In this document: piece by piece, positions 1 through 10,109 of the stretch | Position numbering within the stretch: position 1 is the first letter of the stretch | Layout of the letters: each line of letters starts with the position of its first letter | NCBI GenBank assembly: GCA_947599905.1 | Contig: CANQFR010000002.1 | Coordinates: 15,193 to 79,192, forward strand | DNA length: 64,000 nt | Reading direction: 5' to 3' | Origin: an uncultured Lachnospiraceae bacterium | GTDB taxonomy: Bacteria > Bacillota > Clostridia > Lachnospirales > Lachnospiraceae | Position numbers and translations under genes: made by a program | Notes under the pieces: model-generated | Told to the model about the DNA's origin: nothing | Databases searched by the model: none | What the model saw: the letters and a program-made list of their open reading frames with translations, nothing else

Positions 1-848
1 TGCGAACGACATTTCTGGATGTGGGGCAGGGCGACGGCATTTGTCTGGAGAGCCGGAAGACGGTGATTCTGGTGGACGGCGGCAGTACATCAGATAAGAT
101 GCTGGGCGAACAGGTGCTGGAACCGTATCTGAAGAGCCGCGGGGTCAGACGTATCGATTATGCGGTGGTGAGCCACGGGGACGAGGATCACATCTCGGGA
201 CTGCGGTACCTGCTGGAGACGGACTGCGGGATTACAATCGGCACAATGGTTTTGCCGCGGCTGGCAGAGGATGACGGGAAATATGGAGAACTCATACGGC
301 TGGCGGAGGCGGCGGGAACCGCCGTGGTTCGGATGAAGGCCGGCGACCGCATATGCGGACGTGGGACAGACGGACGCAGCCTGCAGATGACATGTCTCTA
401 TGCTGGGGATCCGGCATACCGGGAGGATACGAACGACCATTCATTGCTGATAGAGGCTGTTTACGGAAAGGCCAGGTTCCTGCTGACCGGAGATATCAGC
501 GCCGAGGGGGAAATGCGCTGGCTCAGGGCTGTATCCGCCTCTCAGCCTGCGGATATCGCTGCCTCCGGCCGGACAGCGCTCTCCCCTTCTGGACCGGTCC
601 GTCTCCTGAAAGCGGCACACCACGGTTCCTCTTATTCCAGCAGCGGTGAATTTCTGGAATATGTGGCTCCGGACTGTGTGGTGATTTCCTGCGGCGCGAA
701 TAACCGCTACGGGCATCCGGGCGCGGATACACTGGAGCGGATATCCGCCTGCGGCGCACAGGCCTTTCTTACGATGGAAAGCGGGACGCTGACAGTGACG
801 ACGGATGGAGAGAACATGCGCCTGCAGGCGTTTCTTCCGGGAATGTAG
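1..848 (+). CDS. comEC: ComEC/Rec2 competence protein, C-terminal metallo-beta-lactamase domain (5' partial)
   Basis: D(V)GQGD, VDGG, SHGDEDH, LTGD, AHHGS and GANNRYGHP motifs; frame is open from the window start. Confidence 0.88.
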   Translation, partial: RTTFLDVGQGDGICLESRKTVILVDGGSTSDKMLGEQVLEPYLKSRGVRRIDYAVVSHGDEDHISGLRYLLETDCGITIGTMVLPRLAEDDGKYGELIRLAEAAGTAVVRMKAGDRICGRGTDGRSLQMTCLYAGDPAYREDTNDHSLLIEAVYGKARFLLTGDISAEGEMRWLRAVSASQPADIAASGRTALSPSGPVRLLKAAHHGSSYSSSGEFLEYVAPDCVVISCGANNRYGHPGADTLERISACGAQAFLTMESGTLTVTTDGENMRLQAFLPGM

Positions 849-958
849 CGGCGCGCCTGCGGGCCGGGTGGCGTGCGCTCGTCCGAAACTGCTGCCGCAG
901 CATTAAGCCGGGGTATGCATTCACCCGAAACCACCGCCGCTGCGTATATAAAATCTCC

Positions 959-987
959 TTGCATTTTAAAACATTTTCCTATATACT
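959..987 (+). promoter_or_regulatory. sigma-A promoter of purA
   Basis: TTGCAT-17bp-TATACT. Confidence 0.6.
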
Positions 988-999
988 GGATAGGCGGCC

Positions 1000-1051
1000 G
1001 CGCGGGAGAGTCCGCTCCGTGACCGAAGGTTAAGAAATGCAGGCAACGCGC
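1000..1051 (+). ncRNA. glycine-riboswitch-like variant cis-regulatory RNA in the purA leader
   Basis: GCGCG-GGAGAG-hairpin-CCGAAG-short-CAGGCAA-CGCGC, directly before the AAGGAGG RBS. Confidence 0.55.
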
Positions 1052-1066
1052 AAGGAGGAAGTACAG

Positions 1067-2347
1067 ATGGTAAGAGCAATCGTAGGCGCCAACTGGGGCG
1101 ATGAGGGAAAAGGCAAGATCACGGATATGCTGGCGAAGGAGTCCGATATCGTGATCCGTTTTCAGGGCGGTTCCAATGCCGGCCATACCATTATCAATGA
1201 ATACGGCAAGTTCGCCCTGCACCTGCTTCCGTCCGGCGTGTTTTACGGCCACACGACCAGCATCATCGGCAACGGCGTGGCGCTTAATATTCCGTATCTG
1301 ATGAATGAGATCAGCTCGCTCGTGGATCGCGGCGTGCCGAAGCCCCGGATTCTGGTCTCCGACCGGGCGCAGATCCTGATGCCTTACCATGTGCTTTTCG
1401 ATACTTACGAAGAGGCCCGGCTGGCCGGCAAGTCCTTCGGCTCCACCAAGTCCGGTATCGCGCCGTTCTATTCGGACAAATACGCGAAGATCGGCTTCCA
1501 GGTCAGCGAGCTGTTCGATGAGGAGACTTTGACGGAGAAAGTGGCGCGGGTCTGCGAACTGAAGAACGTGATGCTTGAGCATCTGTATCATCAGCCCGCG
1601 ATCGATCCGGCGGAGCTTCTGAATACGCTTCATGAGTACCGCGATATGATTGCGCCTTATGTCTGCGACGTGAGCGCGTATCTGGCGGAGGCGATCAGGG
1701 AGGGGAAGAATATTCTCCTGGAAGGCCAGCTTGGCTCCCTGAAGGACCCGGATCACGGTATTTATCCGATGGTGACGTCTTCTTCGACGCTTGCGGCCTT
1801 TGGCGCCATCGGTGCGGGGATTCCGCCTTATGAAATCAGGAATATCACCGCGGTTGTGAAGGCTTATTCGAGCGCCGTGGGCGCAGGCGCGTTTGTCAGC
1901 GAGATTTTCGGAGATGCGGCCGACGAACTGAGACGGCGCGGCGGCGATGCGGGAGAATTCGGTGCGACGACCGGCCGGCCGCGGCGCATGGGGTGGTTTG
2001 ACGCAGTGGCGACACGCTACGGCTGTCGGATCCAGGGCGCGACGGAGGCGGTTCTGACGGTGCTCGATGTGCTGGGCTATCTGGATGAGCTGCCGGTCTG
2101 CGTGGGGTATGAGATCGATGGCGAAGTGACGAAGGATTTCCCGACTACGGTGAAGCTTGAGAAGGCGAAACCGGTTTACGTAAAGCTTCCGGGCTGGAAG
2201 TGTGAGATCCGCGGCATTAAGAAATATGAAGATTTGCCGGAGAACTGCCGGAACTATATCGAATTTATCGAGAAGGAGATCGGCACGCCGATTACGATGG
2301 TCTCTAACGGACCGGGACGGGACGAGATCATTTACCGGAAGAAGTAG
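1067..2347 (+). CDS. purA: adenylosuccinate synthetase
   Basis: GANWGDEGKGK, FQGGSNAGHT, EFGATTGRPRRMGWFD; AAGGAGG RBS before ATG 1067. Confidence 0.97.
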   Translation: MVRAIVGANWGDEGKGKITDMLAKESDIVIRFQGGSNAGHTIINEYGKFALHLLPSGVFYGHTTSIIGNGVALNIPYLMNEISSLVDRGVPKPRILVSDRAQILMPYHVLFDTYEEARLAGKSFGSTKSGIAPFYSDKYAKIGFQVSELFDEETLTEKVARVCELKNVMLEHLYHQPAIDPAELLNTLHEYRDMIAPYVCDVSAYLAEAIREGKNILLEGQLGSLKDPDHGIYPMVTSSSTLAAFGAIGAGIPPYEIRNITAVVKAYSSAVGAGAFVSEIFGDAADELRRRGGDAGEFGATTGRPRRMGWFDAVATRYGCRIQGATEAVLTVLDVLGYLDELPVCVGYEIDGEVTKDFPTTVKLEKAKPVYVKLPGWKCEIRGIKKYEDLPENCRNYIEFIEKEIGTPITMVSNGPGRDEIIYRKK

Positions 2348-2385
2348 GAGAAAGGTCGCTGAGTGAAAGACCGATGCTATATGAA

Positions 2386-2417
2386 AGGCTGTCACACCGG
2401 ATGGTGACAGCCTTTAC
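2386..2417. terminator. bidirectional intrinsic terminator
   Basis: AAGGCTGTCAC-loop-GTGACAGCCTTTT between convergent genes. Confidence 0.75.
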
Positions 2418-2677
2418 TTATCCTGCTTTTCTTCATTTGCATCTTTTGAATCTTTTCCGCTTCCGTTAAATTGCCGGGTGATCACGAGAAAGCCGTAGAT
2501 CACCGCCGGCACCACGATCGTGCAGAACAGGGCCGCCATCAGGCAGCTTCTGGCAAACGGACTGTCGATCAGGGCGAAAACGATGGTGGCCGCATAGAGG
2601 CACGCGATCAGTATCAGGGCGGCGATCGCGAGGATCCGCCGCGGGGTCATTTTGTTCATGGTATCATCCTTCGTCAT
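2414..2677 (-). CDS. small two-TM membrane protein
   Basis: 87 aa with two hydrophobic helices. Confidence 0.65.
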   Translation of the reverse strand: MTKDDTMNKMTPRRILAIAALILIACLYAATIVFALIDSPFARSCLMAALFCTIVVPAVIYGFLVITRQFNGSGKDSKDANEEKQDK

Positions 2678-2732
2678 TCGTCATAATCAATTGCTGCGGA
2701 TTTCTCTACATGCGAGGCAGAGAGGCAGCATT

Positions 2733-4691
2733 CTAGGCGTCTTCCGCCAGCGCCTCCCAGGCCTCGTAAAGCGTCTCCAGCTGTGCTTTGATTTCTTCTT
2801 TTTCTTTATTAATCTCCAGAAGCTTTGCCACATCGGTGGCAACCTCCGGCTGTGACAGAAGTTCGTCCAGGTGACTGTCGCGTCCTTCCAAGGCGGCAAT
2901 GGCGTCTTCTGTTTTCTTCAGGTCGTTCTGGCGCTTGCGCTGCCGGGACTGTTCTTCTTTCTTGGCCTGCCAGGCCTCGCGGGTGCTGGAGTCGGAACCG
3001 GCCGCGGGGGATGAAGCAGCAGCCCACGGCGTGGCGTTAGAGGCAGCGCGGGATGAAGCAACGCCGCCCAGATACAGCTGCGCCATCAGCTCGCGCTTCT
3101 CCAGATAATAATCGTAATTCCCGATGTAATTGATAAACTGCCCGCCGGCAAGTTCCAGGATCCGCGTCGCGGTCCGGTTGATGAAATACCGGTCATGGGA
3201 GACATAAAGCACGGTTCCGGTGTAATGGTTCAGCGCGTCTTCCAGAATTTCCTTCGAGGTGATGTCCAGATGATTGGTCGGCTCGTCAAGGATCAGGAAA
3301 TTCGCCGGCGCCAGCATCAGCTTCGCCAGGGACACGCGGCCGCGTTCGCCGCCGCTTAAGTCCCCGATCCGCTTGAATACGTCGTCTCCGGTGAACAGGA
3401 AGGCGGCCAGAATGCTGCGCACCTTCGTATTGTTCATCTCCGGATAGGCGTCCTGCAGTTCGTCGAAGAGCGTCTTCTCCATATGGAGAACCTGGTAGTC
3501 CTGATCGTAGTAGGCAATGCCTACGCGCGCGCCCAGCGTGATCTCGCCCGAGTCTGCGGGGAGAAGCTGATTGATGATCTTAAGGAGCGTCGTCTTGCCG
3601 GTTCCGTTGTCGCCGATAATGGCTACGCGTTCCCCGCGGCGGATGTCAATGTCCACGCCGGAGAAAAGGTGGTTGCTGCCGAAGGATTTGGAAAGGTTAC
3701 GGATGGTCAGGACATCTTCGCCGCTTACGGTGTCCGGCTCCAGCCGCAGGTTCATCTCATCGTTGATCTCTGCCGGTTTATCAAGCACATCGATCTTGGA
3801 GAGCATTTTCTCCCGGCTCTCGGCGCGCTTGATGGATTTCTCACGGTTGAAGGAGCGGAGTTTCCGAATGACTTCTTCCTGATGACGAATCTCCTGCTGC
3901 TGGTTTAAGTAAGCCTTCATACGGGTCTCGCGAACCAGCGCCTTCTTCTGGCTGTAGGCGGTGTAATTGCCCGGGTAGACGCTGCCGTGACCATTTTCCA
4001 GCTCAATGATCTTCGTGGCGATCTTATCGAGGAAATACCTGTCGTGGGCGACAATGATGACCGCGCCTTTGTAATTTAAAAGGTAATTCTCCAGCCAGGC
4101 GATACTCCCCATGTCCAGATGGTTCGTCGGCTCGTCCAGCAGGATCAGATCCGGCCGGGAGAGCAGAAGCTTCCCCAGAGAGACGCGTGTTTTCTGGCCG
4201 CCGCTTAAGGTCGAGATCGGCCTCTGAAAATCGTCCTCGGTAAAGCCGAGGCCTTTCAGGACGCCCGCAATCTCGCTGCGGCAGCTGTAACCTTCCTCAA
4301 GTTCAAATCTGTGGGTTAAGCGGGTATAGGTTTCAAGCATCTGTTCCAGTTCATCGCCGGACACATGCTTCATCTGCTGTTCCAGACAGCGGATCTGTTC
4401 TTCCATCTCGATCACGGGGCGCTTCACTTCCAGCAGCTCGTCATAAATACTCCGGTGGCTGGTCAGGTCCTGGTTCTGGGCCAGATAACCAAGCGTTTTG
4501 CCCTTCGTGAGGACAGCCTGGCCGGCGTCGGCTTCCGTCTCCCCGACAATAATACGCAGAAGCGTGGTTTTCCCGGCGCCGTTGACGCCGACGATGGCGG
4601 CCTTTTCACAGTCTTCGATATGAAATGAAATGTCGTCTAACACCACATCTGTCGCGAAAGCCTTTGTGATGTGGCTGCATGATAGAATCAT
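2733..4691 (-). CDS. ABC-F family ATPase
   Basis: two ABC domains (GVNGAGKT, LSGGQ, LDEPTNHLD twice), no TM segments, C-terminal coiled coil. Confidence 0.95.
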   Translation of the reverse strand: MILSCSHITKAFATDVVLDDISFHIEDCEKAAIVGVNGAGKTTLLRIIVGETEADAGQAVLTKGKTLGYLAQNQDLTSHRSIYDELLEVKRPVIEMEEQIRCLEQQMKHVSGDELEQMLETYTRLTHRFELEEGYSCRSEIAGVLKGLGFTEDDFQRPISTLSGGQKTRVSLGKLLLSRPDLILLDEPTNHLDMGSIAWLENYLLNYKGAVIIVAHDRYFLDKIATKIIELENGHGSVYPGNYTAYSQKKALVRETRMKAYLNQQQEIRHQEEVIRKLRSFNREKSIKRAESREKMLSKIDVLDKPAEINDEMNLRLEPDTVSGEDVLTIRNLSKSFGSNHLFSGVDIDIRRGERVAIIGDNGTGKTTLLKIINQLLPADSGEITLGARVGIAYYDQDYQVLHMEKTLFDELQDAYPEMNNTKVRSILAAFLFTGDDVFKRIGDLSGGERGRVSLAKLMLAPANFLILDEPTNHLDITSKEILEDALNHYTGTVLYVSHDRYFINRTATRILELAGGQFINYIGNYDYYLEKRELMAQLYLGGVASSRAASNATPWAAASSPAAGSDSSTREAWQAKKEEQSRQRKRQNDLKKTEDAIAALEGRDSHLDELLSQPEVATDVAKLLEINKEKEEIKAQLETLYEAWEALAEDA

Positions 4692-4709
4692 GGTTGTGCG
4701 AGCGGCAGC

Positions 4710-4910
4710 TTATTTCGCTGCCAGATACTCCTGAATCATGGAAAGTACGTGGTCGACGTCAAGGCCGTGTACTGCGCAGGCTTCCTCCAGGCTCTCGTGG
4801 ATGGAAGAAGGGCAGCCGACGCAATGCATTCCTGCCTGCATCAGAATATAGGCAATGCCCGGCTGGAACTCCAGCATCTCGCCCATGGTGGTTGCTTTGG
4901 TGATCTCCAT
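4710..4910 (-). CDS. DUF1858-type small protein
   Basis: GMHCVGCPSS..ESLEEAC.VHG motif; AAAGGAG RBS. Confidence 0.85.
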   Translation of the reverse strand: MEITKATTMGEMLEFQPGIAYILMQAGMHCVGCPSSIHESLEEACAVHGLDVDHVLSMIQEYLAAK

Positions 4911-5344
4911 ATCGATATAACTCCTTTCGTCTGCAATCGTTCTGCCGGACCCGAACTGCCGCTGCAGCCGCGGGCCGCGATGTTTCTACCGCTTACTCTA
5001 ACACGTTTTCGGGCAAAAAACAAGACGCTTCTTGCGGGAGTTTCTCAGGGGAGTTCCCTGCGGAGAAGTATCCGTGGAAGTTATTCTCCCGGCAGTACCT
5101 GTTTCCACGGCAGAGGCTGTTTCGCCCGGTGCGTCCGCCTTCGCGGCGGAGGCTCTTTGATCCTGTGTGTCCGCTTTCGCGGCGTAGGCTGAAATGGGAC
5201 TTGTTTTTTAGATTAGTTATGATAAAATTTATCTGGGAGACTGATACGCGGCTCCGGTGAAAGTATCCGCGGAAGCGGCATTGCGACATGCAGAAACGGC
5301 GCCGCTGACAGAGAAAGCGGAACAGGTACGACAGGAGGATATCT

Positions 5345-7033
5345 ATGGATACGACAGATCGGGGTTTAAGTTTGCTGAAAAAGGGACAAAAAGGTTTCTT
5401 CCACGCGGTGTTCAGCCGTGTGGGGATCATGATGGTGCTTCTGGTGCTGCAGGCGTTATTCCTGTTCATGGCGTTTTTTAAATTTGCGCAGTTCCTGCCG
5501 CATGTATTGGGCAGCGCCGCGGTATTTTCGGTGTTCATGGTCCTGTACCTCTTAAACAGCAGGCTGGATCCGACGGCGAAGATCACCTGGCTTGTTGTCA
5601 TCATGCTGCTTCCGGTGTTCGGGGCCCTTTTGTTCTGGTACACCCAGAGCGACATCGGCCATCGGGCAGTCCATGCGCGGCTGCAGGAGCTGATCAATGA
5701 GACGAAGGAGAAACTGAAGCAGGATCCGCAGGTAATGGATGCGCTTCAAAATGACTGTCCGGACGAGGTTTCGCTGGCGCGCTACGTCCGCAGAAGCGGG
5801 TGCTTCCCGGTATATGCGGATACGAAGGTGACGTATTTTCCGCTGGGCGAGGACAAGTTTGAGGCGATGCTTGAGCAGCTTAGGGCCGCGAAGCGGTATA
5901 TTTTCATGGAGTACTTCATCATCGAGGAAGGTCTTATGTGGGGCAGGATCTTGGAGATCCTGGCGGAGAAGGTGCGCGAGGGCGTTGAGGTGCGGGTCAT
6001 GTACGACGGCACCTGCGAATTCTCGACGCTGCCCCACAACTATCCTGAGAAGCTTAAGACGCTGGGGATTCGGTGCAAAATGTTCTCACCGGTGACGCCG
6101 TTTTTGTCTACCCACTATAACTACCGCGACCACCGGAAGATTCTGGTGATCGACGGCCATACCGCCTTTACCGGCGGCGTGAACCTGGCGGATGAGTATA
6201 TCAACCAGAGAGAAAAATACGGCCACTGGAAGGACACCGCGATTATGCTGGAGGGCGGCGCGGCACAGAGTTTTTCGCTTATGTTCCTGCAGATGTGGAA
6301 CATCACGGAGCGGACGCCGGAGTTTGACAAATATCTGGATGCGGCGGCCGTGAATGATGCGGTTGAGAAATCCGGGGGATCGGCCTTAGCTGAGATGGCG
6401 GTTGAGAAATCCGGGGAAGAGGCCGCAGCTGAGATGGTAGATGAAAAAGCCGGGGAAGTGGCCGCAGCGAAGACGCCGGCTGCGGCAGGCTTCGTCCTTC
6501 CCTACGGCGACTGTCCGCTGGACAGCGACAAGCTGGGCGAGCGGGTTTACATGGATATCCTGAACCGTTCCCGCAGCTACGTCCATATCATGTCGCCGTA
6601 TCTGATTTTGGACGGCGAGATGGAGACGGCGCTGAAATTCGCGGCGGAGAAGGGCGTCGACGTGAAGCTGATTCTGCCGGGCATCCCGGACAAGCCCATG
6701 CCCTATGCGCTGGCTAAGAGCCACTATCGGTCCCTGCTGGATTCCGGCGTTAAGATTTATGAGTACACACCCGGTTTCGTCCACGCGAAGGTATTCGTCA
6801 GCGACGACTGCCGCGCCGTGGTGGGTACCATCAACCTGGACTACCGCAGCCTCTATCATCATTTTGAATGTGCGGCCTATATGTACCGGACTGAATGTAT
6901 TCCCGACATCGAAAAGGATTTCCGGGAGACGCTTGCGAAATGCCGCCAGGTGACGACGGAGACGGTAAAGAACGAGAAATGGACCGTGAAGCTGACCGGG
7001 TTTGTGATGAAGGCCGTTGCGCCGCTGCTGTAG
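5345..7033 (+). CDS. cls: cardiolipin synthase
   Basis: N-terminal TMs and two HKD motifs (HRKILVID, HAKVFVSD). Confidence 0.93.
   Translation: MDTTDRGLSLLKKGQKGFFHAVFSRVGIMMVLLVLQALFLFMAFFKFAQFLPHVLGSAAVFSVFMVLYLLNSRLDPTAKITWLVVIMLLPVFGALLFWYTQSDIGHRAVHARLQELINETKEKLKQDPQVMDALQNDCPDEVSLARYVRRSGCFPVYADTKVTYFPLGEDKFEAMLEQLRAAKRYIFMEYFIIEEGLMWGRILEILAEKVREGVEVRVMYDGTCEFSTLPHNYPEKLKTLGIRCKMFSPVTPFLSTHYNYRDHRKILVIDGHTAFTGGVNLADEYINQREKYGHWKDTAIMLEGGAAQSFSLMFLQMWNITERTPEFDKYLDAAAVNDAVEKSGGSALAEMAVEKSGEEAAAEMVDEKAGEVAAAKTPAAAGFVLPYGDCPLDSDKLGERVYMDILNRSRSYVHIMSPYLILDGEMETALKFAAEKGVDVKLILPGIPDKPMPYALAKSHYRSLLDSGVKIYEYTPGFVHAKVFVSDDCRAVVGTINLDYRSLYHHFECAAYMYRTECIPDIEKDFRETLAKCRQVTTETVKNEKWTVKLTGFVMKAVAPLL
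6355..6468 (+). repeat. ~39-bp imperfect in-frame tandem repeat (x3) inside cls
   Basis: encodes AVEKSGGSALAEM / AVEKSGEEAAAEM / VDEKAGEVAAAK. Confidence 0.75.
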
Positions 7034-7178
7034 CGCGCTGTGCGCTGCTGCAACGCCTGTCCGCAGCTGCTTTGGATTTTGTGTCAGCGACAGTTGAATG
7101 GTCTTGACGTCTTGACTTTGGACGCATTTTGTGACAGAATAATATGTTAGGAAAAAATTGAAAAGAAGGTTGATCATC

Positions 7179-8294
7179 ATGACTAAAATTGACATCGTCT
7201 CCGGATTCCTTGGAGCCGGAAAAACCACATTTATCAAGAAGCTTCTGGAGGAAGCCATCGCCGGCGAGCAGGTGGTTCTGATCGAGAATGAGTTCGGCCA
7301 GATCGGCATCGACGGCGGTTTTCTTAAGGACGCCGGCATCGAGATCCGGGAGATGAATTCCGGGTGCATCTGCTGCTCGCTGGTGGGCGATTTCGGCAAG
7401 TCTCTGGCGGAGGTCCTGAATACCTATAAGCCCGACCGGGTCATCATCGAGCCGTCCGGCGTAGGGAAGCTTTCCGACGTCATGAAGGCGGTCATCGATG
7501 TGGCGGCGGATGTGGACGTGCGTCTGAACAGCGCCGTGACCATCGTGGACGCTTCCAAGTGTAAGATGTATATGAAGAACTTCGGCGAGTTCTTCAATAA
7601 CCAGATCGAGAACGCGGGAACCATCGTGCTGAGCCGTACCGACGTGCTGGATGCGGCGAAGGTGCAGCAGGCGGTAGAGCTGATCCGCCAGCATAATCAG
7701 ACGGCCTCCGTGGTGACGACCCCCTGCGCCCAGTTATCCGGTGCGCAGCTTCTGGAGATCATCGAGAAGCCGGATACCATGGCCGAGGATCTGATGAAAG
7801 AAGTACGCGAGAAGCATGCGCATCATGACGAGGACGAGCATGAGCACCACCACCATCACCATCACGACGATGAGGAGTGCTGCTGCCATGACCATGAACA
7901 TCATCACCATCATGATGACGACGATGATGAAGACGAGCACGAGCACCATCATCACCACCATCATCACGATGGCGAGTGTGACTGCGGCTGCGACCACGAC
8001 CATGACGCCGACGAGGTCTTCGTCAGCTGGGGTCTGGAGAACGTGGGCGCCGTCAGCCGTTCCGCCCTGGAGGCGATTCTTGACGAGCTGGCTAACGGCA
8101 ACGCCTACGGCGATGTGCTTCGTGCCAAGGGTATGGTGCCTTCCGCGGACAAGGCCGGCGAGTGGTACTATTTTGACATTGTACCCGATGAGATGGAGAT
8201 CCGTACCGGCACGCCGGATTACACCGGCAAGGTCTGCGTCATCGGCGCGCAGCTGAAGGAAGACGAGCTGGAGAAGGCATTCGGGCGGAAGTAA
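7179..8294 (+). CDS. CobW/COG0523 G3E GTPase metallochaperone with His-rich insert
   Basis: SGFLGAGKTT, ENEFG, GCICC, EPSG, His/Asp tract, C-terminal RAKG. Confidence 0.93.
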   Translation: MTKIDIVSGFLGAGKTTFIKKLLEEAIAGEQVVLIENEFGQIGIDGGFLKDAGIEIREMNSGCICCSLVGDFGKSLAEVLNTYKPDRVIIEPSGVGKLSDVMKAVIDVAADVDVRLNSAVTIVDASKCKMYMKNFGEFFNNQIENAGTIVLSRTDVLDAAKVQQAVELIRQHNQTASVVTTPCAQLSGAQLLEIIEKPDTMAEDLMKEVREKHAHHDEDEHEHHHHHHHDDEECCCHDHEHHHHHDDDDDEDEHEHHHHHHHHDGECDCGCDHDHDADEVFVSWGLENVGAVSRSALEAILDELANGNAYGDVLRAKGMVPSADKAGEWYYFDIVPDEMEIRTGTPDYTGKVCVIGAQLKEDELEKAFGRK

Positions 8295-8330
8295 AACAGT
8301 AAAAGCATTTAGCGGGAGTAATAAAGAACT

Positions 8331-9278
8331 ATGGGACCAATGATTGAAGACGACGTGACGCCATTATTTATTATCAATGGTTTTCTGGAGGCGGGCAAAA
8401 CCCAGTTTTTGCAGTTCACGATGAGCCAGGACTATTTCCAGACAGACGGCAGGACGCTTCTGATCGTCTGCGAGGAGGGAGACACCGACTACGATCCGAA
8501 GTATCTTAAGCTGAACCGGACCACCATGATTACCGTGGACAGCATCGACGAGATCTCGCCGGAAAAGCTGACCGAGTATAAGAAACTGTATAATCCGGAG
8601 CGCGTCCTGATGGAATGGAACGGCATGTGGAATCAGGATGAGCTGCGGATTCCGAAGGACTGGACCGTGTATCAGCAGATTACGATCATTGATGGCTCCA
8701 CCTTCGATTTGTATGTGAAGAACATGAAGCCGCTTCTGGGCGCCATGGTGCGCAATTCCGAGCTGATCATCTGCAACCGCTGCGACGATGTGCCGGATCT
8801 GGAGGGCTACCGACGGACACTTCTGGCTATGAACAATCAGGCGGAGATCGTGTTCGAGGGTGAGGACGGCGAGATTTCGGAGATTTCCGAGGCGGATCTG
8901 CCCTATGATATGTCGGCGGACGTGATCGAGATCGCGCCGAAGGATTACGGTATTTGGTACATCGACTGTATGGACAAACCGGACCGCTATCGCGGCAAAG
9001 TGGTGGAATTTACCGGCATGGTGCTCAAATCCACCAAGTTCCCGAAGAACTATTTCGTGCCGGGGCGGATGGCAATGACCTGCTGCGAGGCAGACATGTC
9101 CTTCCTGGGCTATATCTGCAAGGCGCGGGAAGCGAAAAACCTGGCTACCCGCCAGTGGGTGAAAGTCCGCGCCCGCATCGAGTACGAGGAGTGGCAGGAC
9201 TACGACGGCGTCGGCCCGGTGCTTTACGCAGAGAACGTGGAGAAGGCGGAGCCGATCCGGGATATTGTGCAGTTTTAA
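8331..9278 (+). CDS. COG0523-like GTPase partner with C-terminal MTCC-AD domain
   Basis: NGFLEAGKT; GRMAMTCCEAD; adjacent to the CobW gene. Confidence 0.75.
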   Translation: MGPMIEDDVTPLFIINGFLEAGKTQFLQFTMSQDYFQTDGRTLLIVCEEGDTDYDPKYLKLNRTTMITVDSIDEISPEKLTEYKKLYNPERVLMEWNGMWNQDELRIPKDWTVYQQITIIDGSTFDLYVKNMKPLLGAMVRNSELIICNRCDDVPDLEGYRRTLLAMNNQAEIVFEGEDGEISEISEADLPYDMSADVIEIAPKDYGIWYIDCMDKPDRYRGKVVEFTGMVLKSTKFPKNYFVPGRMAMTCCEADMSFLGYICKAREAKNLATRQWVKVRARIEYEEWQDYDGVGPVLYAENVEKAEPIRDIVQF

Positions 9279-9458
9279 GCCGGAGACGGATCGAAGCTGC
9301 GGAATCCGTATGACAGGCGGGGCGCCGCGGGATGAATCCAGCCGGAGATGGCGGCCGGGACTCACACCCGTAGCGCCCCGTTTCTGATCGTGTCAGCATG
9401 AAACCTTACAATGCCGCATGCATTGTGAAACGGTTCAGAAGGAAGAAAGGAAACAGAC

Positions 9459-10088
9459 ATGGATATGAGAATCATACTCGCGTCCGCGTCCCCGCGCCGG
9501 CAGGAACTTCTGCGGCAGGTGGGACTTGTGCCGGAGGTCATACCCAGCCATGTGGATGAAAGCGGCGTGGATGGAACGCCGGAGCAGATGGTGAAGGAAT
9601 TGTCCCGCAGGAAGGCGGAGGACGTAGCGGCCGTAATCTGGCAGAATGCTGTGACGCCGGGAACCGCCGGCAGTGTGGCGAAGACGGTTTCGGACAATAA
9701 GCCCGTCGTGGTCATCGGCGCCGATACGGTAGTTGCTGTCGACGGCCGTATCTTAGGGAAGCCGAAGAGCAAAGACGAGGCCGCCGCCATGATCCGGCTT
9801 CTGGCCGGGCGTACCCATCACGTCTATACCGGGGTTACGATGATTTTCATCCCATCCGGAGAGCAGATCACATTTGCCGAAGGCACGGAAGTAGAAGTCT
9901 ATCCGATGACGGAAGAGCAGATTGCCCGCTATGTGGCTACCGGCGAGCCGATGGATAAGGCCGGCGCTTATGGCATCCAGGGATATTTCGCGGCCTACGT
10001 GAAGGGCATTCGCGGCGATTATAACAATGTGGTCGGGCTGCCGGTGGCGCGGGTATATCAGGAACTGGCTGCCAGAGTTATTTTCTGA
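9459..10088 (+). CDS. maf: Maf family nucleotide pyrophosphatase
   Basis: ILASASPRR, GADTVV, DKAGAYGIQG, NVVGLP. Confidence 0.95.
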   Translation: MDMRIILASASPRRQELLRQVGLVPEVIPSHVDESGVDGTPEQMVKELSRRKAEDVAAVIWQNAVTPGTAGSVAKTVSDNKPVVVIGADTVVAVDGRILGKPKSKDEAAAMIRLLAGRTHHVYTGVTMIFIPSGEQITFAEGTEVEVYPMTEEQIARYVATGEPMDKAGAYGIQGYFAAYVKGIRGDYNNVVGLPVARVYQELAARVIF

Positions 10089-10109
10089 TGGCCTTGAAAA
10101 TAGATAATC

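Noticed and set aside
707-2395. Long antisense ORFs (also 8364-9365, 15493-17127, 43649-44761, 61391-62482)
   Set aside because: Shadow frames opposite well-supported genes, with no motifs
5095-5192. Imperfect ~36-bp tandem repeats upstream of cls
   Set aside because: Only two to three degenerate units, no spacers, no supporting context
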